From the human T2T-CHM13v2.0 reference genome, Homo sapiens: a stretch of 64,000 bases of DNA. Below, in pieces: positions 16,340 to 32,030 of the stretch (within the stretch, counting starts at the first letter, position 1; each line of letters starts with the position of its first letter). The translations under genes and the position numbers were made by a program. A model generated the notes under the pieces. It searched no databases, was not told the origin of the DNA, and saw nothing but the letters and a program-made list of their open reading frames with translations. The stretch lies in the NCBI RefSeq assembly GCF_009914755.1, contig NC_060925.1. One strand, 5' to 3'.

Positions 16340-17130
16340 CCCTCTCCTTGTCTCAGTAAGTGGCAGCCCAGGCCACAAGGCCAATCCTCAGAGCTGTCTT
16401 CACCTCCTCTTTCTCTCTGCATAGTAACCAACAGATCCTGTCTGCTGTACTTTTGACATAGATCCAGAATCAGATCACTTCTTGCCACCTCTGCCGCCAC
16501 CATCCTGAGCTGAACCACTGTCATCTCTCAGGGGAATCTCTCTACCAGACTTCCCACTGGTCTCTTCCCCACCGAGAAAGCAGCCCAACCAAACTTTTTA
16601 AAAACCTGTCAAAGCAGGAAATCCTCTGCTTAAAATTGCCCAGTAGCTTTTTATCTAACGCAGTAACAAAACAAAATTCCCACCATGGCCTCTAAGGACC
16701 CCAATGGCTGTGGCCACAGCCATCCCCTTGAACCCATCTCCTAACTTCTCCCTTCTTGATCTTTCTGCTCCAGCTACACCGGCCCCCTCCGTGGTGTTTC
16801 TTGAGCTAACCCTCACCTTCGTATTCACTCTTTCCTCAGCCTGAAAGGAACTTCCCATATAAAATCATTTGGCTGGCTCTCACTTCCTTAAATATCACCC
16901 TATCCTTTTCCTCCTCACCTTTACAAAATAGCACCCCATTTCTCTTTATTCCCTCATCTTGCCTCATTCTTCTAAATGGTAATATTCCCCTCCTGACAAT
17001 GTTGGTTCATCTGTGTCATTTTATCTCCCATCATTAGAAAGCAAACCACAATGAGTTCTTCAAAGTTGTGGGCTCAGTTTCAATTATGAGTCTCTGCAGC
17101 AGCCAGTACAGGCCTGCCATTAAGTAGGTA
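16340..17130 (+). mobile_element. L2 fragments
   Basis: atccagaatcagatcacttcttgccacctctgccgccaccatcctg...ctgctccagctacaccggcc...aagtagg. Confidence 0.7.
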
Positions 17131-17134
17131 GAAA

Positions 17135-17275
17135 AGGAGGGGAAGAAAAATGAAGGGAGGGAAAGGAAGGGAAGGAAGAGGAAGAAATGAAGGATGTGTA
17201 GAAGAAATGAAGGATGTGTAGAAGGAAGAAAGGAAGGAAAGAAGAAAGGAGGGGAAGAAGGAAGGGAGGAAGTTT
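17135..17275. repeat. Purine-rich (GGAA-like) low-complexity tract including a 20-bp perfect tandem duplication
   Basis: gaagaaatgaaggatgtgta x2 at 17181-17220. Confidence 0.85.
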
Positions 17276-17517
17276 AGGAATCATTGTACAAGAGAGAAAA
17301 AGAAATTAAAACAGAGAAAAAGGAAGCTGAACAGAGTACACAGCTTGGGAGCCTAGTATCTGGAGTAACTTTGCCCTGAGGAACCTCCATCCTACGAGAT
17401 GTTCCTGTTTGTTCCCCGAAAAAATGTTCCATGGGTAAGTTGGAAAATGCACAAATGATAACCCCTTGTGAAAGAATATGATTTTGAGAAGCATAATAAA
17501 AGATTAGAAAAGTTTTA

Positions 17518-17942
<425 letters not shown>

Positions 17943-19224
17943 CTAGAATAACCCCATGTCAAGTAAGTCATCATCCTGAAGCTGACTCTTCTGTCTATAA
18001 AGAGATGGAACAGGAAAGGAGGTCTACAGGCTTTTCACAGTTTTGTATAAAAGAGCTCAACCAGGAATTTCCTGCCGATATCAAATAGAGGTGGGAAATG
18101 ATTTTGCTTGAAAATAAGAATGGAATGAGAAAGTATGTATCCTAGCAACGTGTGTTATGTATATTATCTAAACAGATTGGCCATATGTGATCAAACGCCC
18201 AGGAGCCAGCTGGTGAGAAAGGTGGGACCACCAAATTGATTGCATCAGTATGGCAGGGCACACCTCTCTATGTCAGTGTCTATGACCTGGGGATATCAAT
18301 AGTGGCAAACATTAGGCTGCAGTTAGGGTTGTAGTCCTGTATCTATTACTGGCAATTAGCAATTTGTTACACAAGTTAAAAATTGCTCCCCCTTACTTAA
18401 CTCTAAGCTGTCCTCCACAAAATCCCTTTAGGGCAGAGACTAAGTCTGAAGTGAAGTCACAGGTTGGAAACTGTTACAGTTCCTGAGCCATGCTGAATGA
18501 ATGAAGGAAGGAACAAAAGCAGGGAATGAGCCTGTGTCTCAATGTTGTCGTGGATATAACAGGGCTGAAACAAGAACCTCAAAAGGTCTTTATGAAGACT
18601 TTGTAGGTTGTTAAGTGTTAAACACTTCGGTTTCTCCTTCTACCAGAAATAGCATTAATAATAAATGCCTCCTGAACATGAAATATAATATTAGTAGAAA
18701 TGAAGAAAGTGCAAACACAGGCCATAATTTTCACTTCCAAATTTCATGCAAATGCAAGTCAAACACAATCCAAGCGAAGTGAGAAGAATTAGAAAGAAAC
18801 ACTTATAACAGACAAACATTTGGGCATTAAAGCCATTGGACTAGCAAGTAGCTTTTTTTCTATGCCCACCTTACAGGTTCAAAAGGTGTTAGACAAGGCT
18901 GAATACAAATTTTAAACATCAAAAAACAAGTAAATAACCTTTGTATAGCACTTTGACTCCTCATAAAACAGTTCCTTATTATTCTCCCCATTAATTCATG
19001 TATGTATTCAGCAAAGAGTTAATGAGCACCACTGTTTATGAATCAGCCTCTTTGAAGGACATCCAGATGAGCCATGCACCTCAAGGAGCTGACTATCGGA
19101 TGGAAGAGACAAACAACTTGAAACTTATAACATTTGACTTATGTTAACTACCCAGTAAGAATGATCAGATACTATGATCTCAATTTTATAAGCAAATAAA
19201 CTGAGGAACAGAATTTTACTGATT

Positions 19225-19790
<566 letters not shown>

Positions 19791-22237
19791 TAGTTATTAA
19801 TAGTATTTGTATTGGATTTACTTAAAGTCACTTGATGAATAAGTTTCAGAGTAGAATCCACAGCAATATCTTCTAAGACGAATATCTGTGCACTTTTCAC
19901 ATAAAAATCAGGTTGTTAAATACAGAATAATGGGCTCAAAAGGAAACTCAGGTCATCAAGTTCAGCTTTTCTTCTAATAACTAGCAGTCATTCTGTCTCT
20001 TATCAAGATCTTTACTCCTTACTGCAAAAATTAACCTATGAAGTGCCTATCACCATTAGAAGAGTATGTGTTGAGTTTCACTGTCACTCTCTAACTTTGT
20101 ACATCAGTCATTGTTCAGACCTCTGGGGTAACAGAGAAAAAGCCTTGGCCTTCTATGTCATGAGAACCTTTTCAAGCCACTGGTTATATTCTGACAGGTC
20201 TCTAAGATGATTAACAACCAGCGTTTCCAGCATGCAATGGGTCACACTTGAAATACATGCACGCTTCATACAGAATTTATGGTAACATTGCTCATCCTAA
20301 GCAAAGGGGCTGTGCCATTTTTATTCACTCTCTAAACATTTATCAAGCCACATTTATGTGTCAGAAACTAGACTCTAGATACTGGGGCCACTGAAAACAG
20401 AGCACAGACATTGCTCTCACAGAGTTTCAGACTAGAAAATACAAGTTCTCTTCATAAGGATTTTCTTCTTTCATAGTTATAAAGAATATCCATCATCTGG
20501 TCCAATTCTGTCATTTTCCAGAGGAGTAAACTGAGGCCCAAAGACGGAAAATGACTCACCCAAGGACAATACCTAAGTTAATGGCAGGCTAGACTAAACA
20601 CCCTTTCTCACTCTCCCAAGATTATTTCTCTTAAGCAAAGGTGTGATTGTGGAGGAGGGGGATGGAGGAGGCAGTCATTCCACAAGATACTATAGCACAG
20701 ATTAAAACATATAAACGCTCACAGACTGATGAGCAAAGGCTTGATTTAAACAGGTCTGGGGTTTCTCTTGGGCCTACCCTGACTTCCTTTTGACCTTGGA
20801 CAGGGGCTAGCTGAAGAGCCTTAAGGCCATCATATGGGAGGTCCATTTCTGCTTCTCGACAAGAACTCTTTGGGGTATTTAAAAATACATTACACGATGT
20901 GATAGCTGAAGCATGTTCCCATGGATGGTTACCCAAGAGTCACAGTTCCATTCCTTGCTCTGCCACTGAGACTATATGATTGACGGCCTGGGTGCCAGTG
21001 ACCCTGGGCCAAATCACTTAATGTTCTTTCCTTCTCCACAGAATGGCGAGGACAATGGGAGTTCCCAGGTATACTGGTCCATTGTGAGGATGGATTGTTT
21101 CCTGACGTCCATAAAACTCTCTGAGTTCCACTGAGAAAGGCCAGATTTTATGATACCCTTGAGAGTTCCCTTTCATTTGTAACAGAAGTGAAACTATACT
21201 TTATCTCATTAGCTACACATTATATATTGGTCACCTACCAAGAACTTGCAGGTTTCACATGTAAATTAGCCTGGACTTAGGGGCCTGGAGCCAAAGTGGG
21301 AAAAAAAACAGGTGAGGTGTGAGCCATGTTGAACAAGGTGTCAAGGGCCTTGGAGTCTCAATATGCCTCTGTCCCTAGCCCAACTCTGTGACATTAGGCA
21401 AACTTCTGGATCTCTCTCTCTCAATCTCCTTAGCATTTATCAAATGGAAATAATGATCCTGTTCTTGTTTTTCCTGTCACAGGATGGCTGTAGACTCAAA
21501 CAAGAATACAGATACACTTTGCAAATAGCAAAGCCACATATACAAGTGTCAGATATGACTATTACAGATGGCCTCTACTTACAAAACCTTGTCTAACAAG
21601 TTTGTAGTCATGAACTGATATCATGGGACATTGAATCTTCTCAAAATAATGTTGTTCAAAAGGGTTAGATTCCTAGGAAAGCTTCCCACTCAGCTCCAAA
21701 TTGCAAAGTTACAGGGATAAAGGCATACTTTCCATTACAGTCAATTACCTTTGATAATATAGTTTCTCACAGAACAGCATTCTGGATTCTAAATCCCCTA
21801 TAAGACATCTCCCTTCCTAGCAGCCTTAAGTGACAGGAGGTTATGAACTTGGGAACAAGGCAAGCTAGGTTCAAGTCCCACCTCTGCTACTCCCTAGTTC
21901 TGCAACTATAGGCAAATAAATTAAACTTTCTGATCATCAGTCTCCTTATCTGTCAAATGTGGTTGATGATGACCACCTTATGACCACAAATGAAGCTCAT
22001 AATAAGCATTACACCCATGACAGTTTCCTTCTTGTACACAAAGACCTTGCTAATTCTCTTCATTTCATAAAGAAGGCACCTATCTGCAACTCTATGGCAA
22101 TCTTCCCTGGGGAGTTTGAGATTCGAGAACAGAGGACAGCTGCCCCCTTGAGTGATAGCTTCAGTCTCAGTCTCCCTTATTGACTCTGCAGAAGGGTAAG
22201 TGAACCATAACCACCAGGCTTGAAAGAACCAACCATT

Positions 22238-22395
22238 CAGCTACTTGGAAGGCTGAGGAGGGAGGATCACCTGAGCTTCTAGGGAAATCCAAGTTGCACA
22301 GGTTGCAGTGAGCCATGATCGCACCACTGCACTCCACCCTGGGTGACAGAGCAAGACTCTGTCTCAATTTAAAAAATCAAAAAAACAAAACAAAA
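22238..22395 (+). mobile_element. AluJ/FRAM-like right-arm fragment
   Basis: cagctacttggaaggctgaggagggaggatcac...gtgagccatgatc; TSD aaccaaccatt (22227-22237 / 22396-22406). Confidence 0.88.
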
Positions 22396-22664
22396 AACCA
22401 ACCATTTATGCAATGAAGCAAATCAGTGGCAAAAGCTTATCTAGCAGCACTAGAAGGCAAGGTTGTGAACTGCCATTCTTTCACTAAATCACGTTGCATT
22501 CTGATTTATAGCGACTTGTTATGTTAAGTCAGGGCTTACAAACTTAAGACCTAATAACAAACCCGAAAGTACATTCCTTAAAACAATGCATACCTTTCAG
22601 GCTTCCAATATGACCATTATAATCATCTCTTTGTTTAGAAGGCTACTAATTGTTTAAGGAACTC

Positions 22665-23126
22665 TTTTTTATCCCCAACATGATAAAAACTTTCAAACAC
22701 ACAGAAGAATATTTTCATGAACACCCACACACTCACTACTAAATATTTTACAATTTGTATTTTATCATATGTGTACTCATCTATCCAATCTCTATTGCCA
22801 TCCACCAATCCATGTTATTTTTTCATGCATTTTAAATTGAATGCAGACATCTATACACTTTCCCCTAAACATCTCAGTATGAATATCATTAACTGGAGTT
22901 CAACATTTGTTTCCAGTTTTCTTTTCTTTTGAGGTAAAAGTTATATACAATGAAATGCACAAATTCTATGTGAACATTCTCACTGAATTTTTACAAAGAC
23001 ATATACATACAGCACTTGCACGATCAAAGTCCTTATCAAGGCGTTAAACATTGCTATCAGCCCAAAAAGTTCCTCAAGCACATTCCCATTCAGACTCTAG
23101 CCCTATCCCCCGAGAGGCAACCACTA
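22665..23126 (-). mobile_element. Old L1M (L1MD/ME-like) 3' region; host of the nested L1MC, resuming at about 28278-28755 and 29080-29135
   Basis: gaggtaaaagttatatacaatgaaatgcacaaatt...ggcaaccacta; continues as ccttttctagaacttcatataaatggaatcat at 28.3 kb. Confidence 0.7.
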
Positions 23127-24414
23127 TTTTATTTCTTTAATAGACTTTATTTTTTAGAGCAGTTTTGGGTTCACAATAAAATTCAGAGGAAGGTACAGAG
23201 ATTTCCCGTATACTCTCCACCCCCATACATGTATAGCCACCCCCATTATCAATATCTCCCACCAGAGAAGTACATTTGTTACAATTCATGAACCTGCACT
23301 GATATATCACTGTTACTCAAAGACTACGGTTTACATTAGGGCTCATTTTTGGTGCTGCACATTTATGGGTTTTGATGAATGCATAAGGACTTGTATCTAC
23401 CAGTGCAGTTTCATACAAAGTAGTTTCACTGCTGTGAATACGTGCAGCATAATCCTCTGTGCTCTGCATATTCACCTATACCTACTACCAACCTCTATCT
23501 TTTTACTGTCTCCAAAGTTTTGCCTTTTCCACAATGCCATATAGTTGAAATCACAAAGTACGTAGCCTTTTCACATTGGCTCATTTCACTTAGTAATAAA
23601 CATTTAAGTTTCCTCCATATCTTTTTGTAGCTTAAGAGCTCATTTTTGTTAACACCAAATAATATTTCGTTATCTGGATGTAACACAGATTTTTATTCAT
23701 TCACCAACTGAAGGACATCTTGGTTGCAATTAGGAATAAAGCTGCTATAAGCATCCATGTGTAAGTTTTTGTGTGACTGTGTGTTTTCAACTCATTTGAG
23801 TAAAAGTCAAGGAGCACAATTGCGGGGTCAAATGCTAAGAGCATGTTTAGTTTTGTAAAAAAACTGCCAAGCGGGCTTCCAAAGTGGCTATACCATGTTG
23901 CATTCCCACCAGGAATAAATGAGAGTTTTTGTTGTTGCAAATCCTCTCCAGCATTTAGTAGTCCCTGAGTTCTGAACTTGACCATGCCAATAGGTGTGCA
24001 GTGGTATCTCATTGTCTCGATTTGTATTCTCCTTTGTTATACAATGTGGACCATCTTTACATATGTGTATTTACCATTTGTGTATCTTCTTTGGTGAGAT
24101 GTATGTAAAGGTCTTTGGCTCATATTTAACTGGGTTGTCTGTGTTCTTATTGAGTGTTAAGACTTCTTGCATATTTTGGATAACAAATGTGTTTCAAATA
24201 TGTTCATAAATGGATATTTATTTTGCAAATTTCTTTCAGTCCATGTTTTGTTCTTGTTCTTTTCACAAGTGTCTTTCACAGAGCAGAAATTAATTTTAGT
24301 AAAGTCTAACTAATGAATTCTTTCTTTTGTAAACCATGTCTTTGCTGTCACAGCTAAAATGTCATTGCCCAACCCAAGGTCATCTATATTTTTTCCTATG
24401 TTATCTTCTAGGAG

Positions 24415-24861
24415 TGTATTGGTCTGTTTTATGTTGCTATAAAGGAATATCTGAGTCTGGGTAATTTTAAAACAGGTTTAGTTAGCCCATAGTTCTACAA
24501 GTCATATGGGAAAGATGGTGTGGGCATCTCCTTGGCTTCTGGTGAGGGCTTTTGTGTTGCATCAAAACATGGTAGAAAAGGTCCAAGGGGAAGCATGCAG
24601 GTACAAAGAGGGATCATGCCTGATGCACACCCTGACATTATAACAACCCACTCTCCCAGGAACTAGTGCATACCCCCAGAATTGGTTTGGTCTTGCAAGA
24701 GTGAGAACTCACTTACTACCTTAAGAATGGCATCAAACCATTCATGAGGGATCCACCCCCAGGACCCAACCACATCCCACCAGGTGCCCTTCCCAATATT
24801 CCACACTGGGGACTAAATTTCAACTTGAGGTTTGGAGGGAACAAACATTTAAACCATTACA
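24415..24861 (-). mobile_element. MaLR solo LTR (MSTA/MSTB-like) inserted in L1MC
   Basis: tgtattggtctgttttatgttgctataaaggaatatctgagtctgggtaattt...acaaacatttaaaccattaca. Confidence 0.85.
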
Positions 24862-27257
24862 TGAAGCTTTATAGTTGTGAATTTTACATTTAGGTCTGTA
24901 TCCATTTTGAGTTAAAATTTTTGTGAAGGGTATAAAGTCTGGGTCTAGATTCACTTTTTTTGCAGGTGGATGTCCAGTTGTTCTAGCATCTTGTGTCAAA
25001 AAGACTATCTTTTCTCCATTGCTTTGCCTTTGCCAAAGATCAGTTGAGTATATTTATGTGGGTCCATTTCTGGGCTTTCTATTCTGTTCCATTGATCTGT
25101 CTAATCTTTCACCAGTACCATACTGTCTTGATTACTGTAGCATTATAGTAAGACTGGAAGTTGACAAGTGTCAGTACTTCACTTTGTTCTCCACCAATAT
25201 TGTGTTGGCTATTCTGGGTCTTTTGCCTCACCATATAAATGTTAGAATTCATTTGTCAATATCCACAAAATAACTTGCTGGGATTTTGATTGGGATTGCA
25301 CTGAATCTGTAGATCATATTAGGAAGATCTGACATCTTGACAGCATTGAGTCTTCCTAGCCATGAACATGAAGTATCTCTTCATTTATTTACTCTTTGAT
25401 TTCTTTCATCAGAGTTTTATAGTTTTTCTTATATAGATTTTGTTATTTTTTGTCAGATTTACAACTAAGTATTTTTTAGGTGTGCTAATTGATATTGTGT
25501 TTTTAATTTCAAATTCTGTTTGTTCACTGCTGGTACATAGAAGAGTAATTCACTTCATATATTAACTTAGATCCTGCAACCTGGCTATAATTCTTCATTC
25601 CAGAAGATTTTTTGTCAATTCTTTTGGATTTTCTACATAGATTATTACATAATCTCCAAACAAAGACAGTTCTTTCTTTCTTCCCAATCAGTTTACCTTT
25701 TGTTCTTTCTTTTCTTATTGCATCAGCTAGGACTTCTAATATGATGTTGAAAGAGAGTGGTGAAAAGGGACATCCTTGTCTTGTTCCTGATCTTAGTGAG
25801 AAGGCTTCTAGATTCTCACCATTAAGTATCATGTTAGTTGTAGGTTTTTCATGGATATTCTTTCTCAAATTGAGGGAGTTTCTGTCTATTGGTAGCTGAC
25901 AGTTTTTATCCTTAATAGACATTGGATTTTGTCAAATGCTTTTTCTGTATTGATTAATATGACCATGTAATTTTTCTTCTTTAGCTAGCTGATGTGATGG
26001 ATTATGTTATTTCATTTTGGAATGTTAAATCAGCTTTGCATACTTAGGATAAATCTTACTTGATTGCGGTGTGTGATTCTTTTTAAACATTGTTGGGTTC
26101 TGTTTGCTAATATTTTGTTGAGGATTTTTACATCTCATCATGCTCATGAGTGATATTGGTCTATAGTTTTCTTTTCTTGTAATCTCTTTGTCTAATTTTG
26201 GTGTTGGGGTAATGGTGACTTCATAAAATGAGTTGGGAAATATATCCTCTGGTTCTATCTTCTGAAAAAGATTGTAGAGAAACTGTTATAATTTATTCCT
26301 TAAGTTGTAGAATTCACCAGTGAATCCATCTAGGCCTGGTCCCTTCTGTTTCGCAAGGTTATTGTTGATTCAATTTCTTTAACAAATATAGGCCTACTTG
26401 GATCGATTGTGTCTTCTTGTGTGGGTTTTGGCAAATGGTGTCTGTCACGGAGTTGATCCATTTCATCTAGGCTATCAAATTTGTAGGCCCAGAATTCTTC
26501 CTAGTATTCTGTTGTTATCCTTTTAATGTCCATGGGATTCTAGTGATATCTCCTCTTTTATTTCTTATATTTGCAATTTGTGTCCTTTGTCTTTTTTCCA
26601 CAGTTAGCCTGGTTACAGGCTTTCGATCTTACTGATCTTTACAAAGAAAAAGTTTTTGGTTTGGTTGATTTTCTCTATTAATTTCTTGTTTTCTATTCCA
26701 TGGATTCCTGCTCTTATTGTTATTATTTCCTTTCTTCTGCTTAATTTGGCTTTAATTTTATTTCCCTTTTCTGTTTCCCTAAAGTGGAAGCTTTTATTAA
26801 TTTTAGATCTTTCTTCTTTTCTAACATATGCATTCAATGCTACAAATTTCCCTCTAAGCACAGCTTTCACCGCAACCCACAAATTTTGATAAGTTGTGTT
26901 TTTATTTTTATTTAGTTAAAAATATTTTTAAATTTCTCTTGAGATTGATTTTTTGACTCGTGTTATTTAGAAGTGTGTTGTTTAATCTCCATGTATTTTC
27001 AGTTTTCCTGCTATTGATTTCTAGTTTAATTCTGTGTTCTGAGAGCAGATATCGATTGTATGATTTTCATTCTTTTAAATTCGTTAAAGTTTGTTTTATG
27101 GCCCAGAATATTTTCCATCTTGGTAAATGTTTTATGTGAACTTGACAAGAATATATATTCTGCTGTTGTTGGATAAAGTAGTCTATATGCGTCAATTATA
27201 TTCAGTTGATTGATGGCATTTTTTGACTTCAACTATGTTCTTACTAAATTTTTGCCT

Positions 27258-27377
27258 GCAATTCTCCTGCCTCAGCCTCCTGAGTAGCTGGGATTAGAGG
27301 TGCCCGCCACCAAGCCCAGCTAATTTTTTTTTTTTTTTGTATTTTTAGTAGAGACGGGGTTTCACCATGTTGGTCAG
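27258..27377 (-). mobile_element. Internal AluS fragment lacking both ends, tail and TSD
   Basis: gcaattctcctgcctcagcc...linker...gtttcaccatgttggtcag embedded in L1 ORF2. Confidence 0.9.
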
Positions 27378-28713
27378 ATAGAAGGGTATTAAAGGCTCCA
27401 ATTACAATAGTGGATTCATCTATTTCTATTTGAAGTTCTATCAGTGTTTATCTTATGTAGTTTGATATTCTATTGTTGAGTGCCTGTACGTTAAGGATCA
27501 TTATGTCTTCTTGGAGAATTTATCCCTTTACTATTATGTAATGACCCACTTTATCCCTGATAACTTTCCTTGCTCTAAAATCTGCTAGGCCCAAAATTAA
27601 CACATTGATTTCCACTTTCCTTTGATTAGTGTTAGCATGGTTTGTCTTTCTATGTCCATTTACTTTTAATCTATTTGTATCTTTATATGTAAAATGGGTT
27701 TCTTGTAGACAAAATATAGTTGGGGATTGGAATTGAGTATTTTCCTTTCCCCAGGTCAGTTAGGCTCTCATAAAACCCCATGTTAGACTCTGGTTAAACG
27801 GTTTCTTATGAGGGCAGATCTTATTAGGAAGAACAGAATGCCCTGGCATTTTTCAAAATGGCTCCTTTTCTTCTCTCCCTGACAAAAGCACTAGGAGGTT
27901 TTTCTCCCATATACACTATAAAAACCAGGCAGAGTTATTAGAGATAAAACCCACAAAGGTGTGGAGTCTCCCTTTGAATGGTACCCTATAAGGTTTATAA
28001 CTCTCAGAGTTGTCCACACTGAAACTCCAACAATTTATCAATTACAATTCAGGATTTCCTATGCTGGCCCTGGTTCCAGTGGAGCTTTCTGCTCCTACAA
28101 GTTGCAATTCTCTGCATTTGCCTACCTGTGTTTCCAATCTGAGGGGCAGTGACCTCACATCTCTTATGGATATAAGAAGAGTTGCTGATTTTTTCAGTTT
28201 GTTCAGCTTTTTACTTGTTGTTAGGATAAAGTGGCATCTTCTAAGCTTCTCACATGCCAGTAGAAAACCAGAAGTCTCCTTTTTTTTTACAATAGGTTTT
28301 ACCTTTTCTAGAACTTCATATAAATGGAATCATATTGTAAGTACTCTTCTGTGTAATGCTTCTTTCACTCAGCATAATATTTTTGAGATTTATCCATATA
28401 TTGCATGTATCAATGATTTGTTCCTTTTTATTATTGATGAATATTCATTTATATAAATATACCACAGTTTGCTTATCCTCTTACTAATGAACACATGATC
28501 TATTTCTAGCTTTTGCTGGAATAAACAGGTCTGCTATAAATATTCTTGTAAAAATCTTTTACAGGTATGTTTTCCTTCTCTTTGGTAAACAGCAAGTTGC
28601 AGAACTGCTGGGTCATTGGGTAGATACAGTCCCAGTTTTATAAGAAACTAACAGGTCCTTTTTCAAAGCAGTTGTACCGTTTTATACTACCATCTACAAT
28701 GTATGAGAGTTAA

Positions 28714-29077
<364 letters not shown>

Positions 29078-29611
29078 CTAGTCTTTTTAATTTTAGCCAT
29101 TTGGTGGGGAGAGTGTAGTGGTAGCTCATTGTGAGAAAATGGAATTTGAAAAGACTTAAAAGTTATCTGAAAATAATTTAAGTGGAACATCTATGAACCA
29201 CAGAATTTTTCAGGGAGTTATATTTCTAGTTGTATTATTTTTAGAGGTGTGCTAAATTAGAGAGTTAGAAAGAAAAGTTGTGTCCTGCCGATGTTGATAG
29301 CACTAAGGTAATAATAAGCATTGCTGTTATAGTATGCTTATGTGCCAAGGATCCTTCCAAGCACTTTACATGTGTTAACCCCAGGAACTAGCATTTATTC
29401 AGTGATCACTATGTGCTAAATACCTAGCATTTAACTTGATCTATTATAGTTTAACCTTCTCTAAAACTCTGTTGTCCAGTATTGAGGGAATTTTTCATAG
29501 ATAAAGCATCTGACTTGCCCAAGACCAGGACCTGATGAACCCAGGATCTGAATCTACGTCATTCTAACTCTGAGGCTCGTATTCTGAGGCCATGCCACGG
29601 TACTTCCTCAC

Positions 29612-29753
29612 CGCGCAGTAGGGTTACGCTGCGACAGTAGACATTGTGCCATGGATCTTTCTCTCTGCATTTGCCTCAAATTTTCAAGACTCTTTAAAGT
29701 TTCCTTCTGAGCGAACTGTAAGACAGAGGTACGACTTCTGCTGGCTCAGCATT
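29612..29753 (-). other. Candidate spliced exon (142 nt; alternative acceptor at 29715 gives 104 nt)
   Basis: Acceptor aattttgtttcgtctctttggcag|A, second acceptor cctctgtcttacag|T, donor GCG|gtgagg; locally CpG-enriched unique sequence. Confidence 0.4.
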
Positions 29754-30059
29754 CTGCCAAAGAGACGAAACAAAATTGCTGTGACCTGGGAAGCAATGAG
29801 TCTGTCTCCCCTAAGGCAAGCCATTTCTGGCTGTTTCAGTTTCACTCACTTAGCAACTTCTAAGACTCAGTCTCTTGTTCCATCTCTGGAAGTTAAACTC
29901 AAAGCCTAATTGAGATATACATCTCCTGCCACCAGTTTAAGCCCTGATGCTAACGCCTGCCACAGAGGATAATTAGTGAGGAAACCTGGCACTTGTAACA
30001 TACAGCTAGTCTTGCCATGAGAAGAAGGAGGGTTTAGTGGTTAGGGGCATCTGTTCAGA

Positions 30060-30290
30060 AAGCAGAGGGACTGGATTTGACTCCTGGATCTATCACTTTC
30101 CAGCTGTATGGCCTCTATTAAGTTGTTTGGTCCCACTAAACCTCTCTTTCTGCATCTGTAAAATGGGGATAATAATCTTAATAGATACCTCATGGAGATT
30201 TTGTGCGAATTAATTGAGGTTAACAACTGTAAAATATTTGTCACAGTTCATGATCTGGTGTTCAATAAATGTCAAGTAGTATTATGGTAA
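30060..30290 (+). mobile_element. MIR SINE
   Basis: tttctgcatctgtaaaatggggataataat...tacctcatggagattttgtg...ttcaataaatgt. Confidence 0.8.
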
Positions 30291-30399
30291 TTGCTTAATG
30301 GTGTCTATCTTCATTTCAGATTATTAAATGAAAACAATGTTACTGCTAGGTAGTAAATGTCTGCGGGTCAGTGTTAGGAGAAGGAGAAAAGGGGAATTA

Positions 30400-30560
30400 C
30401 CATTTATTCAATGCCAACCTAATTCTGGATTCACCACATTAATATTTACAATGATTCTGGGAGAAGGCATTAGTATTCCCATTTTACAGATGAGGAAAGA
30501 GAGTCACAAAGTGGTTTAATCACATTGCTAAGGTCAGTTGAGGGGTCACAACCAGGAATC
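30400..30560 (-). mobile_element. MIR fragment
   Basis: tattcccattttacagatgaggaaagagag core. Confidence 0.7.
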
Positions 30561-31119
30561 ACCATCAGGAAATAAAAACAAACAACAACAACAACAACAA
30601 CAAAAAACGAGTGCATAAAAAGCTGCCCTAGATGCCCTAGACAGATTCTTCCTGGAAGCTCCCTGACGGATCAGGCTGTCTATGGCTGCAGAAAATGCTG
30701 GGGACTACTCTGCTTGAGTTGGCAAGTGGAGGAGGAAACTTAAAGCAGATCTCAATTTTTGCAATGGCCTAATGTTAAAGAAAAATGTAAAAAGAAAAGG
30801 ATGGGCTCAATTGTCAGATGACCTGCTTTTCATCACAGGCTTCATATCTATCCTGAAGTGTGACCTTGGGACTGTCACTTGATCATCCTGAACCTTGGTT
30901 TTCTCATCTAGAAAATAGGCACATTGTTTTGGGATCTCAAAGGCAACTGCTCTGTGAAATATAAAGCCTTACAGGCGGGTTATTCCAAGGAAGGCAGGAG
31001 CCCTTCAATAAATAATCAGCCTTGAGAATGGAAGACTCACACAGCAGTAACTCACATGTTTGCTAATTGATTTTCCTTCTGTGATCCTCGGCTGGAGCCC
31101 AGGCCTCAGCCACATTTAA

Positions 31120-32030
<911 letters not shown>

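Larger units (their letters stand above)
23127..28276 (-). mobile_element. L1MC-type LINE retaining 3' end, decayed ORF2 and 5' end, with large internal deletion near 27722
   Basis: 3' end tttaatagactttattttttagagcagttttgggttcaca; antisense ORF fragments SGTRQGCPFSPLSFNIILEVL and [14 protein letters not shown]; 5'UTR-like ttcagtttgttcagctttttacttgttgttaggat...ccagaagtc. Confidence 0.85.

Noticed and set aside
23495-27232. Minus-strand ORFs resembling RT/endonuclease pieces
   Set aside because: Decayed, frameshifted L1MC ORF2 fragments.
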